Assembly: GCA_022813865.1 (NCBI GenBank)
Contig: JALDZX010000018.1
Location: 1 to 64,000, forward strand
Length of the DNA stretch: 64,000 nt
From: Xylographa opegraphella
Lineage: Eukaryota
Direction of reading: 5' to 3'
The stretch's first letter is position 1. Each line of letters begins with the position of its first letter. Of this stretch, positions 11,086-23,238 are shown one piece after another. The notes under the pieces were generated by a model. The model was not told the origin of the DNA and ran no database searches. It saw only the letters and a list, made by a program, of their open reading frames with translations. A program made the translations under genes and the position numbers.

Positions 11086-13643
11086 TCAATCCGTTCCACT
11101 CTGATACCTGAGCTTGACCGTCCATGCGCTTCCAAAATCGACTCCGCGATTTCGACGGTTTCCAAGTCGCTTCCATGCAAGATTGCTAATACCAATATCT
11201 ACCAGATATACATGAGTCGTGTCTCTTTTGTATGAATCTCGTAATGTAGCTAAGAGCCATGGTTTGGGAGCACCAAGACACACAACATACTTAGGTACCA
11301 AAGCCAGTGGTTCGTTGTCGACAATGGTTACCTCGCCTAAGGAATGTTAGTAATATACTGACATAGGACAATTCTGATGACCAGTCGAAATACCATTTGA
11401 TGCATCAACCCCAGAAGGTACATCGACGGAGAGGATGTCAATCGCACTGCCGTGCAGCCATAAGGCAAGCTCAAAGAAGAATGCCTGGTCGTCGCTTCTT
11501 AGGTCCTCAAAGCATGTATGGATTGCCAGCAAAGCGTCAATCATGGAAGTAGGTCGGAATGTATCTTCCTTCAGCCCTTCGAGAAGTTCGGAAGGCTTCA
11601 GCACGCTGCCGCCGGCTTTGCGGTATGCGTTAAGCTGAATCTTGACACTGTCCAACAAATCATTCTCCCTTTCCATGCCCAAGATGGTGACCATGACGCG
11701 AAAGCCATGATTTTGTAGATGACGGCCAGCTGCAACAGCTCGAGCACCAGTCTTATGATTTCCCACAACAACAATGATAGAAGAACTTGACAGTCGGTCT
11801 GGCAATCCTCGGTCTCCCTCGGTTTCGCATGAGGTCACGATGAACGTATCTACGATTCCTCTAGCTGCGTTCTCTGTCATTATATCCTCACTGAGCCCCA
11901 GTTCTGAAACAGCAAAATGTTCAAATTCGAGCATCCTCAGTGGGCTTAGGCATGGACAGTGTTTATTTGACTCAATGGTTCGTAACGAAGGTCGTGTCTG
12001 TGGTATAGAACCAGTGAATGGCGAAGCCGACGTGTTACGTCCTGGTTTCGGACTTCCCAGTCGTTCAAGAGAAGGGTATCGGGCACTCCCTAGAGATGCT
12101 GCCAATAGTCTTGAATCAACCCATGGCTGGTTCTCGCCAGCCTTTGCACTTCCTTTCCGCGATTGAGGCACTCGAGGCCCACCCCGGGATCTGTTGCGGC
12201 TTGAGCTACTACCACTACTAAGCTGGTGATCATCAACTTCATCATCGCTTTCGCCGGCCTCGCTATTCCACCGTCCGTACCCATTTGATTGGGGCACCTC
12301 AAGCACATTCTGGGTCCAATGCAGATTCTTACCACCTGCCGTGCCCGGTTTAGGTGGTAATCTATTATGGTGAACAAGCCTCGATTCATCTGCAGTCCTG
12401 TCATCCTTTCGGAGCTGATCAAATACACCTCGCTTGTCGAACTTAGATAGATTACCCACAAAATCAAATGGTTCCATCTCTTGGATATCTGTAGCATCCT
12501 CCGTAGCCCATCCACTCTGAGCATCTTTGGCACGTGCCTTTGCCCGTCGACTAAACTTTTCCTCCTGGAGTTTCCTCGAAGAGTTACCTTGCGCTGATGG
12601 GGAAGCGACAAAATCTGGATCGGCTTCGTTTTCGGCTTCCACAAGAGCTTTACCGCTTTTGTATGGCATGGGAGTATTGTTTAGCTTTTTGCTCAGCGCC
12701 ATATTTGGCGACAAATGAGAGGGGATTCCTTGAACAGGTACTGATATGGATGCTTGAACAGATGCATTCTTGACGCCTCTGCTCTTAGTCCTTCTTCTTG
12801 TCCGCCTTCCGGTCTGGCGACCAGGCATTTCAGCTGGAGGATTTGGCAGGCCGATTGGTAGTACTGGTGTATAACTGCTTGCTTCCTCATTGGTCGCTAA
12901 TTCTGCAGCTACCAGTCCAGATTCTCTGAATTTCTTCCGATCGTCATGTGGTGTGTCAACGAAAGGTTCCATTAGTGTCGCAGTCGTTAACGAGTGTTGC
13001 CTCTCCTTGCTCGATACTTCCGCTCCCAGTCGGCTCGGCTTCACAACGGAAGGACCAAGTGAATTCATAGAGATGGCAGCTGCCATCATGTTAGAACTCA
13101 GCTCTGGTTGTGGTACTTGTAGCTCCTGTAGCTCCTCAAGCTCCTCTAGCTCCTGAAGCCCTGCAGAGATCTGGTTTGTTCTTGGTCTTGGTAGCTTTCC
13201 ATAGCTCAAAATGGCGGGATCAACAATCGCCTGGGGACCGCCGTGAGGTGACCGTGCAGGCGACGGACATTCTCTTGCTGGAGAGAGGCCCGGCAGTGGA
13301 GAGGGCGGCAAGCCATCAGGGATAGTCGGGCTGCTTGGTGTTAATTGGGGTTGTAGCGTCTGTAACACCTCATCGTGAGCTGCCTCTGGTACTACCTCGA
13401 GGTCAGAGATGTTCGTGGCTTCAACCGTGAATATAGGATGGCAATGGCCCGAGGCAAGCCAAGTAACTACCCAATTGTCCACAGTCAGCTCATATATTCA
13501 AACACATGAATAATGCATAATATCCAACCGTCTTGCAGTGTGAGTTGGTGCCCAACGATATCCGCCACAGTTCCTCGCACTTTGCCATTCGGCGGAGACT
13601 TCAGTGTAACCAATACAGCCGAGCCTATGAATTCAGCAGCCAT
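11086..13643 (-). CDS. EDC3: Enhancer of mRNA decapping Edc3 (LSm, FDF and YjeF_N domains)
   Basis: N-terminus MAAEFIGSAVLVTL, GWATEDATDIQEMEPFDFVGNLSKFDK, YjeF_N motifs (ENAARG, GNHKTGARA, SVDVPSG). Introns 13528-13467 and 11393-11337. Confidence 0.93.
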
Positions 13644-14125
13644 TACTCTTGTTGAGCATCAGGCACTGCTTAGTCTATCGTCATATTGCTCCGTTTGAGC
13701 GATATGAGTGAAGGTTATCAAACAGTTCCCCGAAAGAAGTTTAATAACCATGTTAACAATCATTATTTCAGAGCCTAGTTTCCAGATGGCAGGCGAAACG
13801 GGCAAAGCAAGTCAGTCATTCACATGCTGCTGGAATATCTATAGCAGCACCATCTTTACTGTAATCTAGTTTAGAAACACACCGAATGTATATATATAAG
13901 CGAGCAGTAGAGTCTCAGAAACTCAGTACAGAAGTTCCTTATCGTGGATAGACTGCAAGCAGTCCAAGCTTCCCAAGACTTCCACGATTTCTCGAGGCTG
14001 TCAAGTCCAGGAGCAAAAGCTATTCACCAAAGCAGGTTCTAACATAATTGAGGTTCTTCCTCTTTGTCTATACGTCCAGTACTTGCAATATCCATGCTAA
14101 GCCCCAAGTATAACTCCGATTCAGA

Positions 14126-16757
14126 TTAAATAACGTTATAGAGACTATCGTAAAATACACGGACCCTTTCATGAGCCATCACCTTTTTAGGGTCGAACCG
14201 CGTGATTTGAAGGCCACCTTTGGTAACAGCACGACTCAATGCGACATATGCCTGACCCTTCTCGAATATTCTCCCAAGATCGACTTTGACACTTTTCAGA
14301 GTCTGGCCTTGAGCTTTGTGTATAGATAAAGCCCAAGCGAGGATAAGGGGAACCTGCCTTCGAAATGCTTGTACTTCCCCGCTGGGAAGCTCGAGCTTCC
14401 AATCTTCCGGCTGACAGAGGAGATCTCTAGAAGTTCCATCTGTCATGAAAAACCTTACTAGAGGCCATTTCTTGCTTGTACTTCCTGCAGCTTCACTGTT
14501 CAACATTGCTTTGAGCTTCGACCTTCGAGCAAGAGCTTCTTCGTCAATTTCTCGCGTGTCATTATCGAACTGAAAGTCTTCTTCGTGTTCATGATACATA
14601 TTGAACATCTTCTCGTCCATGAACATGATCACTTTGCCAATAGATCCGTTGACCAGATTGTCATCCATGTTCTTGATGAGCATAACCTGCGCTCCCTTTT
14701 TAAGCACGATTTGTGGCGGAGCCATGCAGTTCTTCAGAAGGTTGTCCCGAAAATTGACATCTTGGATAGATCCCCCATCTTCCGCATTGAAGGTAACTGC
14801 GGTACCACCTAGCTTAACCATGCGAGCATTGTTGGCACTATCTACTTCACTACGCGTAGAAAACCTAAAAATTTGTTAGAATGAAACAATGGTAATACAC
14901 ATTGAAGGATCAAAAGAATTGAATTCACATACAACTCTGTTGCCCCCAAATCGTCTCCATTCTTCAGCGGACGATCAAGCTGCCTGAACTTGGCTATCGA
15001 TTCGCTGGAGAGCCTTCCCAAACGCATTTCATTCAACATATTTGCGAAATCTGGATGGCTTAGTAAACGCTAAGCCTACAGATGGGATCAAACATACCTG
15101 GATCTTTCTGACGAAAAACCTGAGTCAATCCGATTGTATGAGTGATGGATGTCTTCCAAGTATTCGCATCGAAGGCAAACTTCGCAACCTTGCCAAAGTC
15201 TGGGACCGGAGGTAGCTGAAAGAAGTCGCCAGTGATGACCAGTTGTATGCCACCAAAAGGTCTTGCATTTCCTCGAATACTACGAGCAATGGACTCTAGC
15301 TTATCAAACAGATCACCGTCGACCATGGATATCTCATCAATAATCAATACCTTCGTTTGAATCCATCGATTCTTCGCCTTGGTATTCCGCTTGATCTTTT
15401 TAATCAACGTAGGAGCATCCTCCTTTCCTAATCCGATCCCACCAAAATTATGGAGTGTGACTCCACCAATATTGCAAGCCGCTAGACCTGTCGAAGCAGT
15501 TACCGCAACACCACCGGATGCTCTGAGGTACTTGGTTCGCAAGTGAGAGATGATCTCACGCATCAATACGGATTTTCCAGTCCCTGCAGATCCCGTGAAA
15601 AATACGCTCTTATGCTCTTCAATGACCAGGTTGAACACCTTCTTCTGTTCTTCACTGAGAAATATCCTTGATACTTCCTCCTTCTCTTTCTTTCTCCCCT
15701 TTTTAACTGCACTAGATTCCTCCGCAGCATCGTCAGTGGTCTGAGCAATCCTCTTTCCCAAGCTGGCTTGTTGTCTATGCCTTTTCTGCTCTTGTTTTAC
15801 AGCACTGGCAGTTTTGTTCCAGGGATAGGGGGCGTCACTTCTGTCTTTTGGTAATGGCGTGAAGGTCGAGCTTCCAGCACCCTTCTGGGCCTCAATAGAC
15901 GGCGGCAAGCGAGAATGTTGGTTCGGTTGTGACTGAGAATTGTCAGCGTCTAACCATGGCAGCTTTCGTCGCTTGGCCACTCGAATGGCTGCTCCGCCTG
16001 TATCTGCATGGTCGAGTGATGCATTCGTATGGGGGGAGAGCGTAGCCGGAGGTGCTGTCTTGTGTTGTAGAGGCGATGACGACCATGGGATAGGCACACT
16101 ACTTGGCAGGATTTTTCGATTCGATGACTCCAGCAGCCCACTTGAGACTCCAACTCCAGATCCTACAGGGACCGAATCATCGTCAAGGTCCAAATCTGCA
16201 TCGTCGATGAAATCATTTTCATCGAAGTACACTGCCTCATGTAATTTGCCGACAATGCCACTTCCCATGTTTGATGATGGTTGCGTCGAGTCAACGACCT
16301 CTTTGCGGCTCGTGGCGCCGTTCCAGTTGCCTGTATCGCGAGAGTCTTGTTTGCCTGAAGCTATTCCGAGGCCATCTGCCTGCGCTATACTGCGTTTCGA
16401 GGTGTTGGTATAGCCTAGGGTTCCGTTGACGACAGCAGAAGCGCTAGGCTGGAGAGCTCTCCTGGTGATGCTGGACTGATAAAGTGAACTCGTCGAACTC
16501 TGACTAGCCTTTGGGCTGCTCGATGGCAAGAACTGTTTGGAGAGTGTTGCAGCTGACTTGCGCGGTCGCGGGGGTAGGGATTCGTCGTGCTTCTGAACAG
16601 CTTTGGCAAACATTGCTTCTATGTGCTTGCTTCGTGTAAACGTGGAGAATGAGTAGGCATTTGACCATAGGTCACGGATTGGAAGTCGCAGTAGGGGCAG
16701 CACGAGCTTAGGGAGGACAGGCCGAGGTGGATGTACTTGTTGTAGCACCACTGGCAT
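14126..16757 (-). CDS. PIF1: ATP-dependent DNA helicase Pif1
   Basis: FFTGSAGTGKS, IIDEISM, GDFFQLPPV, LAWALSIHKAQGQTL, GQAYVALSR. Introns 15097-15051 and 14932-14865. In-frame ATGs at 16757 and 16613. Confidence 0.96.
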
Positions 16758-17549
16758 AAATCGCCATAACGCCAGACTGCTCGGGTGCGCTCGGGTGCTG
16801 ATATCCTAAAAATAATGGTCGTTCTATACAGGAAACCTATTGATCGGAAACTGTTGATAAAATGGTTGGTTTAGCGGGATCACTTGAAGGTCGCGTTATC
16901 CCTGCAACAAACGTGGAGCGCTACTGTAAGGTAGTCTACTTTGTATAGTCTTGGCATCGTCCGCGAAGCTCGGGAGCCAGGAGGAATCATTTTACATGGG
17001 GAAGTTATGGTCACAGTAGAATATATTAACTACTAGAAAAATTGTACACCGACAAGACTACAAAGTTCACGATCAGTCCAGCCAGTAAATCAGATTGTCT
17101 CAGGTCTTGTTGATTAAGAAAGACAACATCCGCAGTCCAAACTGTCCACATCTGCAACGAGGACTTGACAGCGGTCGAAAAGTACATGGTGGGTATTGAG
17201 TGACAACCAAGTCAAGCAGAGTAGGAAAGACCCTAAGGAATTCGTGACTCGTGACGGCCAGGCCAAGACAGACTTGGGAGTTCACACAATCGCTATGTAC
17301 ACCTGAATCGCCCACTGATCCGCAATACTTTTGGACATAATGACGGAACCATTCCAACACGAACATTATCCAGCTCAATCCCACTGATGTTAAAAGTTTC
17401 AATAAAGTACTGGAAGAAGACTCTGGCCCACCGCACCAATGGATGAAGTACAATGGTAAACAAGCAGCAGGATCATTCCCAACAATGAGCGGCATAAGAA
17501 GAACGGTATATCGTCAGGGACACCGATCGTTTGCCGAGGTTTAGTCTAT

Positions 17550-19463
17550 CTAGCTCAAATACCCAGTGTAAGCGTTGTGACTGGCGCCGGCAGGAGCATT
17601 TCTAGGGTAGCCGGGATTGGTAGGCTGACCCCAACCCGCAGCATTTTGCTCATGTCCATATCCCCCGGCACTGCCAGGCATGTGTCCGTATCCTTGAGGA
17701 GGAAACCCAGCCGATGGAAAACCGCCTGGTCCTTGTCCGTATGGCCGTGCTCCTGGGCTCGGTCCAGGTCCGGGTGACTGATGACTCGGGTATCCTGACA
17801 TCGGTCCAGAAGAATGAGACCCACCCTGCGGAGTCATCGGTCCGGGCGCAGCATACTGAGGGAATCCGTAGCCAGGGGAAGCTTGGGGATAATTTGGAGT
17901 CGGTGGTGCCTGTGGCGAATAACCATCAAACTGTCCAGTTGGTGGACGATCCTTACCCCACTAAGACTGCGAGTCAGCGTGTATCGAACTAGATTAAATA
18001 CAATTCCTTACACTACATTTCAACGGACGACCGTTGATTGCGTAGCCAGAAAGCTGACAGATTGCCATGGCTGCATTGTCGTGAGTGTCCATCTTGATAA
18101 AGGCAAACCCACGGTCAGACTGAAAGCGTGTCTCAACGACGTATCCATAAGCCTGAAATAGTGGAACGAGATCATTCTGGGTAGTATACGGGGTAAGGTT
18201 GCCTACGTAGCATGTCGTTTGCCACTGAGGAGTTTGCTGAGCGATCATGTCGAAGCTCTGCATGCCTTGAGTAGGGAAGTGATGATGGCCGCTGAAAGGT
18301 GTAGTTGGGGTCATGCCCATGGCAGCCATTGCCTGCTGCTGAGAGATTGACGGCTGACCTTTCTGATTGGCCCAATTGCAGCGAATGGCACGTGATCCAA
18401 GCCACTCACCATCCATCGAGCTCAGAGCTTTCTCCGCGTCACCACGGTCACGGAATGCCACAAACCCATAGCCACGAGAGCGACCGGTCTTCATATCCCA
18501 CATCACGCGAGCTTCCGAAATAGAGCCGAAAGCAGAAAATGCCTGAAGAAGAACCTCATCGTTGACTTCGTTGCTAAGGTCACCAACGAAGATGTGAAAA
18601 TGGTTGGAAGTGTCTTCCTTATTCGAGGTGTTGGACTGGTATGCCCAATTGACACGGATTTCCTACACGAGTAAACGTGTTAGTTGTTCCGGCAGCCCAG
18701 AATGCCGAGATAGGCAAGCTTACCGATTGGTGAACACGGCGGCCGTTAAGGGTCTGCATGGCTCGTTCGGCAGCTCCAGGATCGTCGTATTCGATAAAGC
18801 CGTAGTTGAAGCCCTTGCTCTGGGTATCGTCAGGAGTCAGCTAGAAAGCAACGCGTATGGTAAGCGGGTGAGGTTAAGGAAGCGCTTTCTTGAAAAGAGC
18901 AAGATGTTTCAGTTTACAGATATGCACAGATAGTTGATGTGTGTCGAAGCGGTTAGCAATCTCTCGTGCAATTAGCGGATACCACAAGCAATTACGGGGC
19001 GCTTGGACCACCAGCAAATTGTAGCGGGACATCACAGGACAAAGGACCGGAAAGAAAATTAAATACTAGCAGCACCTACATTCTTGTCAGGAATGATTTT
19101 AACATTCTGCACATGGCCCGTCGTCTCGAATATCTGGCGAAGAACATCTTCTGTCACTCTTGGATCCAATCCTCCCACGTATAATGCCCGCTTGTTCGGC
19201 TCTGGTGCAGCGCGACGCACTGATCCTCCGGCACTTCCTGGAGACATCATCCCACCCCCGCTCGCAAATGGCGAGGTCATAGCGGTCGGGATTGGATTTG
19301 TATTTTGGGGGATCACAACCGGTGGCAGAGGGGGAGGCGGCATGTGTGCAGGATTGCCTTGCCCATTTGTGGCTGATAGTCCATAGTCTTGCTGTCCTGG
19401 CGCTGCGGGCGTTTGAGGCAGCGGAGGGAGGGCAGCGGTGGAGGAGGGAGCGATATCTGCCAT
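17550..19463 (-). CDS. PUB1: Poly(U)/polyadenylated-RNA-binding protein Pub1 (three RRMs, TIA-1 family)
   Basis: RRAAPEPNKRALYVGGL, KGFNYGFIEY, RSRGYGFVAF, RCNWANQKGQP, RGFAFIKM and a G/P/Y/Q tail. Introns 19079-18820, about 18723-18664 and 18011-17961. Confidence 0.94.
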
Positions 19464-20539
19464 TGTAAACTCCGACTTTCTTGCTGATATCAAACAACCT
19501 TGCGAAAAAGACTATCTCTCAATTCTGCGGCGAATGGCGACCAAGCTGCAGAAGGCGTAAGCGCTGCAATTCAGGTGGTGCCCAAGTAGCAGCTAAGCAA
19601 ATGGCCGAGAAGAAGGAAACACAGATGGTACAGCAGCGATGAGAGCCAGCGGATTATTGTTGATAGAAGCTGCGCGAGAACGACGGCACTCGGGTCACAG
19701 CGAAGAAGCGGAGGACGAGTCTGATCCAATTATGCGAGGCGGTCAAGTCAACTTAGTGTGGGACACGGAGGGCAAAGAAATAGCGAAAGCGGCAAGACAA
19801 AAGGAAGAAGACGAAGAGACGCGCAACTTCCCGACGCCAGAGTTGCCCAGGACGATAATGGCGTTGGAAATACTTCAGGAATGATGGAAGACGTGTGAAA
19901 AGAAGGAGACCAAGATGGGGCAGGGTCGTAGCCTTGGCGAGCGGGAGCTCTATTTTGAATTCTGACAGCTCGAAAAATACGCAGCCCTCGGCCGTACCGC
20001 TCTAGGAAGGCAAACCGCTGTAGTAATACTGGACCGCTATCCAACGCTCCATGAGGTACTGCAAATACCGGGCACATAGCTCCAATCTGCGGCCATGTCC
20101 CCACCATGTCAGATGCAAGACGAACTGCAGAGACCACACGGCGGCGTACAAGCGTGTACCAGCTATCTCCTGACTCGGGCGTGTTCGTTGAGTCTGGGAA
20201 GATCTGGAAGGGAACAACCCCCCTTGATTGCCGGGGGTTATCGCTTCTCTCGGGGTACCCAGTGGTACTAGTACGTCTGTATCGTTGGTATTGTTGCCGA
20301 TTGCGGTTCGTTTCCTATTGTTCAGCTAACGCCGAAAGCTACTAGGATATTACGTGCGGACCGTGGTAGTACCGATACCGTAGTGGCTGGTCCGTGCCGC
20401 TTGTTCCTGGCTTGCCAATTGTAAGCTTGCTGCAGACAACCACGCTCTTTTTGCTACTTCAAAGGTATTATTATTAAGTTAAGCAATCAGCTCTATATAT
20501 CTTATCACCAATACTGGCTCGGTATATGTCTTAGGAGAT

Positions 20540-22069
20540 ATGGAGGCTTCGACTCTTCTTGAGGTGTCCCTGGGAAAATTGCCGGACTGTTTCAACAGTG
20601 TTGTGTGTCTCTACCACCAAAGGCCGAACAAACGATTGGCGCATAGCTGATTTCTCTTCAGCTTATACAGATCGGCAAAGTCTTTCGCGAGACTTCCCAG
20701 GGAGATGCAAAGCTTTCTACCTATGTGAGCAAAGCACAATCGCCTCAGATCATCGTTAGAGCAAATGACCAGTTTCATGAAGCTCTCGACGACGTTGAAA
20801 TTCAGCTGGTGAGTTCTGTGGGAGGTTCTCCTTGCGACTATCTCTTTGGGAGCAGTTTGATCTCCAGAAGGCTGAAATCATGTTCGATGAATGTATTGTG
20901 ATTGCATGTAAGTCTTTCGTTGGTGTCAACTAGCCACCACTAGCGCACCTATGCCTCAAGCTGTTCCAGTTCCATACTTCTGTGTCTCAGCATTCATCCT
21001 CTCCTTGTTTAGAGACAGTGCTTTATATGATTGACGACTACTCCCAATTTTTTTTAGCTCTATACCTTTATTACTATTCATGTGCATGTTGTAAACGAGT
21101 ATCCAAACACGCCAGACTGCTGACATCGTCAAGCTCAAAGCCAAAGCGGTTCTGGAGCGGGATCTTGCTCTGCTCCGGGTTAAGCGTGCTGAACGTGAAA
21201 AAGCTGCTGGTGTTTCAAGGCTTCGAGTATCTAGCGAAGACCGCTCGGTAGCTGAATACTCTGGCTCTAAGGCAGCGGAGACGGACACGCCGGCAGAACG
21301 TTCCCTCTTGGATGATATCAGACCGGAGGTTGGTGCGGGAATGACCATGGTGGATACTGCGACCGATGAAAAATCCGAACAGCATCCTGAAGAAGCTGAA
21401 GTCTCTCCGAATTGCGAAGCAGCCAAATCCGGTCCCACGGAGGAAATCAAAGATCTTTCAAAGTCTAGCAAAGCCTTTCCTCCTGCGGTACCGACATCCC
21501 AAGCTCCAACGCCAAGTCAAGGTCTCGATGCCGATAAGATCGACTCAAACATTACAACTCAGATTTCAGATATAGACTTTGACTCGATGTTTGCAGATAC
21601 TGCACCACCCGATAACAACGAGCCTCTGAACTATGACATCGACTTCTCTACCGATACTGGCTTGTCTCAGGATCTTTTACAGGGCAACACTTTTCGGAAC
21701 ATGACCGCTAATAATGACTTCACGGGCACCTCAAATGAGAACATCGACAGCTTGATGCCTGGGATCGAAAATTATGTCAACGCACATACCATTGGAAATG
21801 TAAGCGATGACTTTACGATGCTTGACATGTCCGCGAATTCGGCAGCCTTTGACAGCGCCTCATCGTCAAAGCCTCCGCCAATAGCAGAAATAGATTTTGC
21901 GAGTATCGGTGCGTCCGCTGATACCGGGATGATGGAAGCTCCACCGCCGGACTCTACCTTCGACGATCTGTTTTTTGATGATTCGGGCGATCTGGGAATG
22001 GGCGATGGGGATATAAGTGGAGACTTCGGGGATTTTGATGACAACTGGTTCAAATCTGATGGCCAGTAA
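20540..22069 (+). CDS. Hypothetical protein (about 381 aa) with a helical N-terminus and acidic D/F-rich tail; loosely reminiscent of Mediator tail subunits
   Basis: Exons 20540-20602, 20662-20808 and 21134-22069 join in frame through GT-AG introns with CTGAY branch points. The functional suggestion is inference only. Confidence 0.7.
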
Positions 22070-23238
22070 CAAGATATCTATTTCTATGTCTGCATGCCAG
22101 CTTTATGTGCGCTTTTATCTTGGAATACATACTTGGTGAAATATGTCAAATAGAAAGTAAGCTATGAAGTAGCACAGTCACAGTGATATCTAGTTTGCTC
22201 CCATACATCTAAGCTAGTATCAAGCACCACACAGTACCTGAATATCATTAAGTTGTACCCCTCGGCTCGAGAAGCCCGAAGACCCTCGAGGGGTGAGTCC
22301 CCAAATTCAATGCCAAACATTAGCTTCGCTACTTGCCGATATTTCAGTCCTCGTGCATATCTCCTCCCACGTTTCAACGACCAGCTGCGTCTCCATTTCT
22401 CGAAATCAAGCAAACTAGATCGGTTGGAATATTACTTTCCGCAACGGAGGCCGACATCAAGCTAGATAGGTGAGAAATCACTTCCGTTCAACTCCGCACG
22501 CCCTTCATGACCACATCTGCACACGCAGATCGTCTCACGTACCCCATTTTCACTGTTTTGGCATCTTCAAGAAGGGCGAAATTTTCACTGAATTGATGAG
22601 AATAAATACGGTATCTACTACAATCCTTCCGAAGTAAATACGGTACCGCAATCTTTCCTTCGGAAGGATTATGGGCCGCTGATGCGGAGATGACACGATA
22701 GGATTTAGGGGTAGATGCATATCTGATATTGGCGAATGGATAGGTACTGTGATTTCTTAGCAGGGTTGGGTGAAGATGGGTGCTCTGTAGAAATGATGTC
22801 ACAAGATACAATTGTTGTGGTAGGTAGACTATTGCATATGCCAATCTCCGTTGAGTGATAGCAATACATACTCTAGGCTAGCAATGTACGAGAGGAAAGT
22901 GCTTTATATCACCAAAAATACCAGCACTGTTAGGATCTGAGTGTTGACGACAAGCATTCACAAAATTTATTTGAGCTGCATGTTACAACAGTACACACAC
23001 TATTCGATAAATCAAGCTACGGTCATAGGTAGATAGCGCTATCGTGAATAACATGTCGCAGCTACATGATAATCGCAAAGATTTTCCAGATCGCCAGCCA
23101 ACAGGTCATGGACAATTGTGACGCAAGCTTAAGAAGTACTGAGAAGAGGTCGGTGACCGATCCATAATTATCGATCATCTGGAGGGCCACGTGGCAGCCG
23201 AGAGTTTTTGTAGATACTGGATTCTGTTTCTCTCACCA

